Shown here: positions 28,544-37,771 of the stretch, one piece after another
Position numbering within the stretch: the first letter of the stretch is position 1
How the letters are laid out: every line of letters starts with the position of its first letter
DNA from: Acidobacteriota bacterium
GTDB lineage: Bacteria; Acidobacteriota; Thermoanaerobaculia; Gp7-AA8
Direction of reading: 5' to 3'
DNA: 64,000 bases
Assembly (NCBI GenBank): GCA_019244185.1
Contig: JAFATB010000026.1
Location: 64,001 to 128,000 of the forward strand
The notes under the pieces: generated by a model
What the model saw: the letters and a program-made list of their open reading frames with translations, nothing else
Database searches by the model: none
Told to the model about the DNA's origin: nothing
Program-made: the position numbers and the translations under genes

Positions 28544-29299
28544 ATGCTTGCTCCTGACGTAGCCGCGAACATTCGCGCAATCTTCGTGCACGACGGCACG
28601 CCCGTCACCGTTGATGACGCCGCGGTGTTGTTGGGCTGGCCGCTCAACACGATGGACGACGCAATCAAGTGGCGCGCGGTAGCGATCGACGCAGGCTCAG
28701 AACGTGAGCCGCGCATCAGCCGCCGGCAGCTTCTCGAGCATGCTTTTGATCAGTGGTCGCTCGCCGACATCAAAGCCGCGCTTTCGCCCGCGGAGTGGAA
28801 AGCATTGCGCAAGAACTGCGGAACCGGCTACGGCCGACTCGTCGTCTGCGATCGGGACACGCTGCGCGCTGCAGCGGAACGGCCCGCACACGACGCCGTG
28901 GCTTCCGCCGCGCTCCTTCGTCCCGAGGCGGCAGCCACGCTGCGCCGTCGCGCGGAACGCGAGCGCAAAGCTAAGGTCATCGTGCCGCCGCAGTTCAAGC
29001 GTCCTTGCCGTACCGATGGTGTGCGCCAGTTCACGCTGACCGCCTTTGAGCTTCGCTATCGCGATCTCGTACCCATGCTGCGCTTGCGCGGTCGCTGGCT
29101 CGCGCGGCTCGGCTTCAAGCCCGGCATGCGCGTGTACCTCGTCGCGCAACCGGGCGCGTTCCTCGTTACGACGACCGATCCAGCGAAGAGGCGCGGCGAG
29201 TCGAGCGCTTCGCCGGCAGGGGCGGTGAGCGCGGCTTCGCCGCTCGCGCTTCCCGCGCCATCGTCCGCGGTCGCACGCGTAGCCGCATCAGCCGAGTAG
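28544..29299 (+). CDS. HTH paralogue fused to a C-terminal SymE-like domain
   Basis: AGGAGG RBS; N-terminus similar to the upstream gene (IRAIF.H...VT...AA.LL); C-terminal P.LRLRGRWL..LGF.PG..V. Confidence 0.65.
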   Translation: MLAPDVAANIRAIFVHDGTPVTVDDAAVLLGWPLNTMDDAIKWRAVAIDAGSEREPRISRRQLLEHAFDQWSLADIKAALSPAEWKALRKNCGTGYGRLVVCDRDTLRAAAERPAHDAVASAALLRPEAAATLRRRAERERKAKVIVPPQFKRPCRTDGVRQFTLTAFELRYRDLVPMLRLRGRWLARLGFKPGMRVYLVAQPGAFLVTTTDPAKRRGESSASPAGAVSAASPLALPAPSSAVARVAASAE

Positions 29300-29409
29300 C
29301 CGAGGGTTACGTACATGCCGCGAACGCCCAAACCGCACGTGTCTCGCCACACCGTTATGGACAAACCGCGCGGCAGCGGGGGTGCGCCGGAAGCGGGGAG
29401 GATGGCCCG

Positions 29410-29970
29410 GTGAGATACACGCGCGTCCGTGCCACCGCAGGCTACACGGTTGACCCGCTCGTCGTCGTCAACGCCTGCGTCGCTGCGCGTGAACTCGCAC
29501 GCAACCACCCGCGCATCGGCCTTTACAACTTCATCAGCGGAATCGCCGACGCGCACCTTGGTTGGTTCGACCTCTTCCTCGACTCGGTTGTTATGCACGT
29601 CGAGCGCTCGCAACGCGTCACTAATCGCTTCCGCACCTGGCGCAACAGCAAGCGGCAGCGGCCTCGCGTTATCGGGAAGCCTGACCCTATCGGGGCACCG
29701 TCACGTCGCGTCCGTCGCTTTCGCGACCACTTCATGGACATCAACGCGCCGATCGCCACAACGCTTGCCGTTCGTGCGCTCGATCGCGAGGAGCACACCA
29801 ACACGTCCCACGATTTTGTGCAGCTACTTAGAAGGGCATACCAAGGCCAGATCTACGCGTTAATTGAGGCGTTCATCGAACTCGTGGAACGCGATCGCCG
29901 CTTCGCGCGGCGCTTCCGAAGCTGGCGCCGCGCGAAGGCGCGTCGTCAGCAACAGGGGAGGCCGCGATGA
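29410..29970 (+). CDS. Hypothetical protein with an internal duplication (RFR[TS]WR)
   Basis: GAGGA RBS before GTG; VERSQRVTNRFRTWR resembles VERDRRFARRFRSWR. Confidence 0.5.
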   Translation: MRYTRVRATAGYTVDPLVVVNACVAARELARNHPRIGLYNFISGIADAHLGWFDLFLDSVVMHVERSQRVTNRFRTWRNSKRQRPRVIGKPDPIGAPSRRVRRFRDHFMDINAPIATTLAVRALDREEHTNTSHDFVQLLRRAYQGQIYALIEAFIELVERDRRFARRFRSWRRAKARRQQQGRPR

Positions 29971-30957
29971 TCCCGGCCGAAGCTGCGCCGCCGTCGTTTT
30001 CATTTTTAAGTGCCCGCCGCTCGCTTTCACGTGACCGCTGCTCACTTGAAAGTGATCGCGCGTCGCTTACTTCTCGTCTGGAGGACAGTGAAAGTGGTCG
30101 CGCGTCGCTTTAATCTCAACTTGAGGACAGTTGCACGTGCCCGAGCGTCGCTTTTATATGTTCGCGCGGCACTTTCATTCGGCGGCAGCACGCGTGAAAG
30201 TGTTGGCTGGTCACTTTCGCGAGCTCGCCGGCGTTCGCTCTACCGGCGGCCGGCCTGATCGCGCAAGTGTCCGAGGGACTCTACTCCAGGTAGAGCCGGC
30301 CGCGCGCCCCCCGCGCGTCGCGCCCGTTGCTTCGCAACGGTCACGCCGCGCTGCCCACCCCTGGTGGAACCTCCACAGGCCGTAGAATCCCCCGCGCTCC
30401 CCCCGCCCGTCACGTCCGTTGCCTCCGCAACGGCCGCGCCGGGCTTCCCTCCCCGGGGGCTTCCCGCCGCCAAAAGCCACGAGAGGCGTTACCTGCCTTT
30501 CGCATCCAGCGCGTGCACGATAGCGCATCGAGGCTTCGGGTAAGACATAAGCGCGTAAAACATCCCCTTACCCTGTAAGGGTGTCGTTCCAGCCAAAAGC
30601 CCTACCTACGACCGTCGCCCGTTTTCGTGCCACAGTTTCCTTCTTCAGCCCCAAACTTCTCAGTTTTGAGGTCTGGAAGCTTCTCAAACTTGTATGCTTA
30701 AACACCATAAAAAGACGGATAAGCGGCCTAAAATTAAGTCTTTAAGAATCAAGGCGGGGGACAAATAATTGACCCTCGTTACAATTTGGTAACGAACCAG
30801 ATTTGCGGATGTAACGTATCTTAGGCGCAGGTCCAGACCGCTACTCAGTTGCTGCAGCAACGATCGCCCGCCTCGTTTCGGCCGAAACGAGGCCGGTAAC
30901 ACGTAGTCACCGCGCCGCCCGCGCGTGGCGTGCGGCTAGGTGAGGAAGGACTGGTGT

Positions 30958-31614
30958 ATGGCCACCACAAGAGCCTCCACCGCAAACGCCGCCGTACCGG
31001 AACCCGGAGACGGCACCGCCACACCGCCGGTTACCACTCCCACACCGACGGTCACGCATTACCAGCAAGTCGCCGCAGAGTTCATGTCCGCGCTCGACGA
31101 GATCTCGCAGATCATCCCCAAGCTGGAGGCCATCCATGTCTCCACTGCGAATCTCGTTCGCTCCCGCCTCAACGTTCCGAACGAGTTCCTGGCCACCGTC
31201 ACCGCGGCCGTCGAACAGGTTCCCGAACTTCAGGCGATCCAGAAGCTCGACGTGAACGCTGCCCACGACACGCTGCAGTTCCTCGAAGCGTTCCGCCCTG
31301 TCCGTGACAAGGTCGATGCGTTCGCGAAGAACCTGAAGTACACGATGGACTCGCGCAAAGCGAAACTCGCCACCGACTCGCTGTTGACGTACGACGTGGC
31401 GAAAGGCCTTGCGCGGGATCCGAACAGCGCCACCATCGCTTCACTCGTCGCCAACATGAAACGTGATCTCGGCCGCCGCGGCCGTCCCAAGACGCCTCTA
31501 GCGTTGCGCAAGACCACCCCGGCACCTGGCATCGGCGTTCCCACGCCGCGGCTTCTCCCGCCGAACGAACCGGAAGGATGGGTGCCGCGTGACGACGCGG
31601 GGCCGCGTGGCTAG
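30958..31614 (+). CDS. Hypothetical protein
   Basis: GAGGAAGGA RBS, host-like codon usage, predicted helical; no family recognised. Confidence 0.7.
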   Translation: MATTRASTANAAVPEPGDGTATPPVTTPTPTVTHYQQVAAEFMSALDEISQIIPKLEAIHVSTANLVRSRLNVPNEFLATVTAAVEQVPELQAIQKLDVNAAHDTLQFLEAFRPVRDKVDAFAKNLKYTMDSRKAKLATDSLLTYDVAKGLARDPNSATIASLVANMKRDLGRRGRPKTPLALRKTTPAPGIGVPTPRLLPPNEPEGWVPRDDAGPRG

Positions 31615-31675
31615 ACGCGACCCCGCTCTGACACGAACACCCCCCGTCTGCTAGGACAAAAGGAGCACCAGTGTC

Positions 31676-32836
31676 ATGCCGAACATACCTCAGAAGTATG
31701 TCTGCGGCGCCATCCCGCCTCACATCCTGACGCGGGTTGCCGAGCACACCTCCAACGAAGCAAGCGGCACCGCCCGCGCGACGCTCGAGCACATGCGCGA
31801 GCTCGCCACGGGTCGCGCCGCATCGCTTCTCCAACGACCCACCGAAGTTGCGGCCACGGCCGTCTCCACGCGGAAACGTCGCAACGTCTACACCGCTAAC
31901 CACACTCTCCGTCTCCCCGGCAAACTCGTGCTCAGCGAGCACAAGGCCCGCGGCACGGATGTCGAAGTCAACGAGGCTTACGACGGCAGCGGTTCGACGT
32001 ACGATTTTTTCGCCTCCGTCTTTCGGCGATCCTCCATCGATGGCAGGGGAATGCGTCTCGACTCCACCGTGCACTACGGCGAGTCCTTCGAGAACGCTCT
32101 CTGGAACGGCCGTCAGATGGTCTACGGCCACGCCGATGGACGTATCTTCTCGCGCTTCACCGCGTCCGTCGATGTGATCGCCCATGAGCTCACGCACGGT
32201 GTCACGCAGTTCGCTGCGGCTCTCGGGTATCACGGTCAGACCGGCGCGCTGAACGAGCACCTTTCCGACGCCTTCGGAATCATGGTCAAGCAGTGGTTGC
32301 TCGGCCAGACCGCGGACAAGTCGGACTGGCTCATCGGCGCGGAAATCTTCGGCCCCGCCGTGAACGGCGTCGCCGTGCGTTCGATGGCTGCACCGGGCAC
32401 CGCCTACGACGATCCGCTCCTGGGCAAAGACCCGCAGCCCTCGCACATGCACGACTACGTCGAAACCACCGAAGACAACGGCGGCGTCCACATCAACTCC
32501 GGCATTCTCAATCACGGCTTCTACCGCGCGGCGATCGCGCTCGGCGGCAGGACGTGGGAGGTGCTGGGGCGCATCTGGTACGTCGCGCTCACGGACCGCC
32601 TTCGACCCGAAGCGGACTTCGCCGACTTCGTTCAAGCCACCGTCGACATTGCCGGGGAGTTGTACGGCATGGGCGGCAAGGTGCAACGGATCGTCGCCGA
32701 GGCTTGGTCGGACGTGGGCCTGTTCGTCCTCCACGTCGGGTGTGCGACGCAGCACATCCCCATCAAAAAGCCGCGCCAGCGCGCAGCCGTCGTCGCCGCA
32801 CGGACGCTTCCGTCGCGTCGCCGGCCGACGCGCTGA
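31676..32836 (+). CDS. M4 family metalloprotease, protealysin-type (short propeptide)
   Basis: IPPHIL propeptide motif, NALWNG.QMVYG, HELTH, GALNE..SD, DNGGVHINSGI.N. Confidence 0.93.
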   Translation: MPNIPQKYVCGAIPPHILTRVAEHTSNEASGTARATLEHMRELATGRAASLLQRPTEVAATAVSTRKRRNVYTANHTLRLPGKLVLSEHKARGTDVEVNEAYDGSGSTYDFFASVFRRSSIDGRGMRLDSTVHYGESFENALWNGRQMVYGHADGRIFSRFTASVDVIAHELTHGVTQFAAALGYHGQTGALNEHLSDAFGIMVKQWLLGQTADKSDWLIGAEIFGPAVNGVAVRSMAAPGTAYDDPLLGKDPQPSHMHDYVETTEDNGGVHINSGILNHGFYRAAIALGGRTWEVLGRIWYVALTDRLRPEADFADFVQATVDIAGELYGMGGKVQRIVAEAWSDVGLFVLHVGCATQHIPIKKPRQRAAVVAARTLPSRRRPTR

Positions 32837-32889
32837 CCGGCTCTCACTTTCCACCATCACCTGACATCTCTCGAAAGGAGATCGCTCAC

Positions 32890-33231
32890 ATGAGCACGAA
32901 TCCCAAGGAACTGAATCCCCTCGAAGCATCCAAAACCATGATCGAGAAGAGCAAGCGCTCGACCGATCGCACACTGCGCGCGCTCAACCTCGACATGGAG
33001 CAGGAGAACACGCTCGTGCAGGACACGCCGAACGGCCGCCTGCAGAAGGTGCTGAAGATCTGGCGCGGCATCAAGCCGGTGTTCGCCGTCATCGGTTCGC
33101 TCCCCCTCATCCCGTCCACCTGGCGCGGCGCCATCGTCGTCTTCACGCAGGCGCTCGACGCGCTGACCGCCATCGGCGGCGACATCACGGCCGAGTTCAA
33201 GGCGGGCAAGGACCTCGCGGAGCAGGAATGA
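32890..33231 (+). CDS. Small hypothetical protein with a hydrophobic segment, ending ...EFKAGKDLAEQE
   Basis: AAAGGAG RBS, ATG at 32890; stop overlaps the next ATG. Confidence 0.75.
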   Translation: MSTNPKELNPLEASKTMIEKSKRSTDRTLRALNLDMEQENTLVQDTPNGRLQKVLKIWRGIKPVFAVIGSLPLIPSTWRGAIVVFTQALDALTAIGGDITAEFKAGKDLAEQE

Positions 33232-33488
33232 GCACCGTCCGCAAAGTCGCTCGCAGTGCCTCGTCCGGCCGGTTCATTTCCGCTCGCGACGCGCGCCGCT
33301 GGCCGCAATACACGGTCGTCGAGACGATCAGCTATCCGTCTCCTCGTCGTGTCGGCCGCCGGCGCTCCGCGCGTCACCTCACCGAGGAGAACCAGATGGA
33401 GCGGCCGTTCAAAGCCGGCAGAGACCTTCGCACCGGCGCGAAGAAAAAGCGCGCCACGTCCGAGTTCAAAGCCGGCAAAGACATCTGA
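33228..33488 (+). CDS. Small basic protein; internal RBS and ATG at 33396 could yield a 30-aa peptide with two FKAG[KR]D[LI] motifs
   Basis: R...SGRFI....A.R.P..TVVETI motif; GAGGAG at 33384 before MERPFKAGRDL...EFKAGKDI. Confidence 0.6.
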   Translation: MSTVRKVARSASSGRFISARDARRWPQYTVVETISYPSPRRVGRRRSARHLTEENQMERPFKAGRDLRTGAKKKRATSEFKAGKDI

Positions 33489-33553
33489 CCCATTCACGCA
33501 GTTGACCGGTGGGGCGCGCGTTCGCGCGCGCTCCACCACTTCGGAGGGCAATC

Positions 33554-34213
33554 ATGAACGTTCAGCAATACCCGCTCAAAAAGGGCCAATACTTCTCAGA
33601 CCTCACCGCCAAGAAATTCGTCGTCTGGCACGGCACGGCCGGCCGCACGCTGCACACGCCGGTCTCCGGCCGCCCCGGCAAAGCCACAACGTCGATCGAC
33701 GCGTGGAACCTCAACGCCGATCGCGTCGGCGCTCCGTGGCTCGTCGATCGCGACGGCTCGATCTACCAGACCTTCAACGACTCCGCGTGGATTTTCCATC
33801 TCGGGCTCAAGGGCGTGAAGGGGCTCTACGACAAGCAATCCGTCGCGATCGAGTTCGCGAACGAAGGGCCGCTCGACCTGGACGGCGACCGCCTCTACGC
33901 CTTCGGCATGAACACGCCGAACACCATCTACAACGGGCCGTTCATCAACCACGACTGGCGCGGCTTCAGCTACTTCGCGCAGATGGACGAGGCTCAAGTC
34001 GATGCCGGGATCGCGCTCACGCTCGACATCTGCCAGCGCCACAAGATCGAGCCGGTCTTCTACTACCCGTCAACCACATTCGACTTCCCGCGATGCTTCC
34101 AAGTCGCCACGATCATCTGCCACTCCAACTGCCGCGCCGACAAGACCGATCTCTGTCTGCCGCAATGGGTCTTCGAGAAGATCGAAGCGGCCGGCATTCG
34201 CATCGCCTCATGA
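33554..34213 (+). CDS. N-acetylmuramoyl-L-alanine amidase (Amidase_2-like)
   Basis: VVWHGTAG, VDRDG.IYQ, W.FHLG, S..IE..NEG, ICH...R.DKTD; GGAGGG RBS. Confidence 0.85.
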   Translation: MNVQQYPLKKGQYFSDLTAKKFVVWHGTAGRTLHTPVSGRPGKATTSIDAWNLNADRVGAPWLVDRDGSIYQTFNDSAWIFHLGLKGVKGLYDKQSVAIEFANEGPLDLDGDRLYAFGMNTPNTIYNGPFINHDWRGFSYFAQMDEAQVDAGIALTLDICQRHKIEPVFYYPSTTFDFPRCFQVATIICHSNCRADKTDLCLPQWVFEKIEAAGIRIAS

Positions 34214-34527
34214 AGGAGTCGAACCATGGACGAGATTCTTTGGTTACTCGACCAGGCGATGCGCGACCTTCAGGCGGCACGCCGCCGCGCTGGCAGCAAG
34301 AAGGTCCGCGCGCATCTGCGCCTCGCGATCGCGCGCATCAACCAAATCCATCACATGCTCACCACGTAACGAAGAGGGGAGCCGCGCGGCCACTTCCCGC
34401 GGCCCCCTGCACCGCTAACGGTGGTCTCCCCGGTGGGCGATCACATGCCATACGACGATATTGGATGAGGCGTGAAACGGCACGCTGGTCGTCCGGGAAA
34501 CACCACGGTGACACCGGGGCACAGTGC

Positions 34528-36024
34528 TTAGCGCTTGCTATCTCGTTTTAGCAGCGCCCACAGGGACTCGCCTCGCCGGGTCAAACTTTGTTGATTATCA
34601 TGTAGTGCGACAAGGCCGGGTCCCAAACGTTGCAGTATCCTGCCGATGCCGTCCGGATTCTCTGCCCTCGCAATCTTAGACTTTAAGGAGCGTCGGGCCG
34701 CGCTCTCCCGGTGTCGACCAGCGCGAAGCGTGGCAACAGTTTGGTCGATGTTGTTGAGAAACGCCGTAATGTCGGAGTGATTTACAAGGTGAGCGTCGCA
34801 AATTAGTTTACCGAAGACGGCCGCACCATATGCATCGTCTCGCCGCGACGTCTCGTCGAACTTAAGCGGCTCGACCTGTGAGTTATCACGTGAGCGAGCT
34901 TTAGCACGGAGAAGACGAACACTTGACCTTGACGAAACGTTCAATATTGCGAATGGTCGTCCAAGCTCATGCGATGCTCTCATTACAGTCGCGAGCCCCT
35001 CAAGTGTGCGGCAGCCGGTGTATACAATCGGGGAGTAGATCTCGTCTAGAATTGGCGCAACAATCTTGGCTTCAACTATATCCTCACCGGCCATTTCAAA
35101 TAGTGCATCGGCCAGATCGAACATCGACGCGTAATCTGAGGCCGACTGTCCAAGAGCTGTGGCGGCCGCAGCTAGTGCCGTGCTTCCTTCGACGTGATAG
35201 AAGCCTCGATGTAGCGCGAGATAATGACCCAGAGACGTCTTGCCGGCGGCAGTACTTCCGATCACAACTAGAACAATATCGTTCGCGTCTTGCGGGAAAA
35301 TGGTCAACTGCGCAGGATTGCGTCGCGCTGACATTGAAGCATGCCGCGTGCTAGCTGCTGGCAGATTGAGGATCGAGGCATATTCCTCTAGCCGCTCGCT
35401 GAGCTGCTTCAAGCTATTCACACGGAAGTCGTACCGCAACGACTCCTCTAGCTCCAGAGCGGCGAGAACCGTCTTCGCGCCTTCCGGCACGAACCACGAG
35501 CTGAAATCCTGCCGCCCGAGCCATGGATATAATGGATTCTGCCGCACCTCGGGCACCGTATCCGCGACAACACCGCGCGTGGTACCTGAAAAGATAGGAA
35601 AGTCCGGAAATAGACCCGGAACGTATAGTGCGATGTCCGAGGAAACGGTGACACGCTTGTCGCCACCGGCGGCATTCAGTGCTGATAGTAGTTCGTCGTG
35701 TGTTGTTTCGGCGAACCACTCTTTTGTGGCCTGTCCTGGGTAGTCAGCCCCCCTTCCGAGTGCAGGAATGCTGACGGTCGTGTCTTCGATGAACACGATT
35801 CCTGTGGCACCCGCTCGCGATACGACCTCATCTAGACCTGCCTTAAGAAATGCTCGCTTAGGCAAACCGTATGGTTCGACATATGGCTCGCGGTGAGCTT
35901 CCAGCAGTTCAACGTCGAAGCCACTCGACTGGAGAATTAGTCGCGCTTGCAGGAATTTGGGTATATTCGATGTCGAGAACCGAATCGGAGCAAGGCGAAT
36001 CGCGCGACGGAGGTATCGGTTCAT
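34528..36024 (-). CDS. HAM1/ITPase-like pyrophosphatase fused to a P-loop nucleotide kinase domain
   Basis: N-terminal F.TSN..KF, FIEDT...I.AL...YPG..TK.W, FSG.T.G.V; C-terminal VIGSTAAGKT...GCR. Confidence 0.8.
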   Translation of the reverse strand: MNRYLRRAIRLAPIRFSTSNIPKFLQARLILQSSGFDVELLEAHREPYVEPYGLPKRAFLKAGLDEVVSRAGATGIVFIEDTTVSIPALGRGADYPGQATKEWFAETTHDELLSALNAAGGDKRVTVSSDIALYVPGLFPDFPIFSGTTRGVVADTVPEVRQNPLYPWLGRQDFSSWFVPEGAKTVLAALELEESLRYDFRVNSLKQLSERLEEYASILNLPAASTRHASMSARRNPAQLTIFPQDANDIVLVVIGSTAAGKTSLGHYLALHRGFYHVEGSTALAAAATALGQSASDYASMFDLADALFEMAGEDIVEAKIVAPILDEIYSPIVYTGCRTLEGLATVMRASHELGRPFAILNVSSRSSVRLLRAKARSRDNSQVEPLKFDETSRRDDAYGAAVFGKLICDAHLVNHSDITAFLNNIDQTVATLRAGRHRESAARRSLKSKIARAENPDGIGRILQRLGPGLVALHDNQQSLTRRGESLWALLKRDSKR

Positions 36025-36998
36025 GCCGGCCCGTTATAGATTTCCAGCTCGTGACCGGCGTTTTGAAAGTCGTACGGCCCGCTGAGATCAATTCCACGCA
36101 ACACTTCGGTGATTCGCGCAAAAGAGCCACGCCCATGGACGGCAAAGACGGTTGGTCCTAGGCTACTTAACCCGGCGGGAATTCCGGCCTCCCACAGATG
36201 CTCGATTGCTACACGGACCGCCTGCGGCTGTGCTGCAATCTCACGGGCTTTGAACCCCTTAACCTGAAATCGGCGCAAGGACAGCCCGAATTGGTCGAGG
36301 TCAGTCTCAAGCAGCGCCGGAATCATTCCATGGAACACATCTGCAATTTGCTGCAGAGTATCGGTGTCGGCAGTGGGCGTATTCTTCTCAAAGAAGCTGC
36401 GCTCGCTGCCAGGGTTGACGGTTGGTGGGTCGTTGACGAAGGCTAGACTGACGTTCCAGTCGGTCGGCATCTCCCAGCGGCCGAGGAATAGGGATGGTGA
36501 CCGTCCTTCCGGCGCGATCGAAGGAAGGTACGACGTGGTTCGGCTACCGCCTGGCTGTCCGGCGTCTACTATCAATCCACCAAGGAAGAATCCGTTGCAC
36601 CCTATCGCAGATGTTCGTCCGCGCCCGCTCAGTCGGATCAGTTCCCGGCTGTCAATCGTCCAGCGATTTAAAACCGCCAGCGCCTTCATCACCGCGAGTG
36701 TCGTCGCTGTCGTTGAGCCGAGGCCTACGTGGCCGGGTGGTCGTTTCAACACAGTTACACTGCCTGACAGTGGGAGTCCGCTCGCGCGGGCGCGCAGCGC
36801 GGCGTCACCTACCTTCGTTTCCTCGTCGCCGTGACTTGGCCCAAGATCAAGCGCGAAGCTTGAGTCCGCTCGACCCTCGACACGTACTTCCGGCCCGCGA
36901 AAATGCGCGCCGATACCACCGTACGATCGGCCCGTCGCTCCAGCAAGATCTGTGAGCCCGAAATGAAGTCGCGGGTACGCGACCACCGATACCTTCAC
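36021..36998 (-). CDS. Beta-RFA-P synthase / C-glycoside synthase-like GHMP-superfamily enzyme
   Basis: PRLHFGL.DL...R.YGGIG, P.HVGLGSTT, GRGRTSAIG...F..GG.IVDAG, GFKAREI, GLSS.GPTVF. Confidence 0.88.
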   Translation of the reverse strand: MKVSVVAYPRLHFGLTDLAGATGRSYGGIGAHFRGPEVRVEGRADSSFALDLGPSHGDEETKVGDAALRARASGLPLSGSVTVLKRPPGHVGLGSTTATTLAVMKALAVLNRWTIDSRELIRLSGRGRTSAIGCNGFFLGGLIVDAGQPGGSRTTSYLPSIAPEGRSPSLFLGRWEMPTDWNVSLAFVNDPPTVNPGSERSFFEKNTPTADTDTLQQIADVFHGMIPALLETDLDQFGLSLRRFQVKGFKAREIAAQPQAVRVAIEHLWEAGIPAGLSSLGPTVFAVHGRGSFARITEVLRGIDLSGPYDFQNAGHELEIYNGPA

Positions 36999-37771
36999 TT
37001 GTGGCTCCCGGGTGCACGAGAGAGCTTCTCGCTCGTAAATATCTCGTCAAAGTGATCGACCAACCGGTCGAACATATACCCGGGCCGCTTTACAATCATT
37101 GTCGGCAAGTTGCGACTGGCTCTTCCGAATCGAGACGAGGACACAAGGTACGGTCCCCAAAATGCCTCATCGTCAATGCGAAACATGTTCACACTGGGAA
37201 GTGTCGTAGCGAGCCGCAACTCGAAATTACTGTCACTCCGAGACCACAGGGGTTGCGTGTCAGTTATGAAGCGTAATACCTCGGCGCGCGTACGGCCCGA
37301 GGTATTCGATTCCTCCATGTCACGTATGTCCACATACCTGCTATTCGATCTCGGAGCGTCTGGATCTACCAACAAGATGCGTACACGTGCACGGGTGGCC
37401 CATTCTGAGAACTGGTCGAGGAAATCCTCTCGCAGTGCGTTTAAACCGAAGCCCATCACATCAATCGACTGCGAGGCTGCACGCAGTCTGCGCTGATACT
37501 CGTCTTTGATCTGGATCGAACGATGCGGGAATGCTGTCACAAAACCAAACGCGTCTAATACTCTTCGACGGTCGGCCTCGGCTTCGTCGAATACGACCCA
37601 ACCAAAGACGACCATGCCACCTACGCCTGTTGCAATCATCGACGTGCCGACAGCGACACCTACAGGCCCCATCGTGGCAATGAGAGCGCCCACCAGGACA
37701 AGAATCAACTGCAGCGCCATATACAGCAAGAACCGTGAGCTCTGCAGTCGTCTGGAAATCCCAACTTTCAT
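36995..37771 (-). CDS. Two-TM membrane protein with a DUF5919/PLD-like cytoplasmic domain
   Basis: Two N-terminal hydrophobic helices; IDVMG..L, VRILLVDPD, P...MFRIDD...GPYL...P......F.....HFD. Confidence 0.7.
   Translation of the reverse strand: MKVGISRRLQSSRFLLYMALQLILVLVGALIATMGPVGVAVGTSMIATGVGGMVVFGWVVFDEAEADRRRVLDAFGFVTAFPHRSIQIKDEYQRRLRAASQSIDVMGFGLNALREDFLDQFSEWATRARVRILLVDPDAPRSNSRYVDIRDMEESNTSGRTRAEVLRFITDTQPLWSRSDSNFELRLATTLPSVNMFRIDDEAFWGPYLVSSSRFGRASRNLPTMIVKRPGYMFDRLVDHFDEIFTSEKLSRAPGSHK

Noticed and set aside
36021-36998. Methanopterin biosynthesis locus
   Set aside because: No other H4MPT or C1-transfer genes lie nearby; the context is island cargo.
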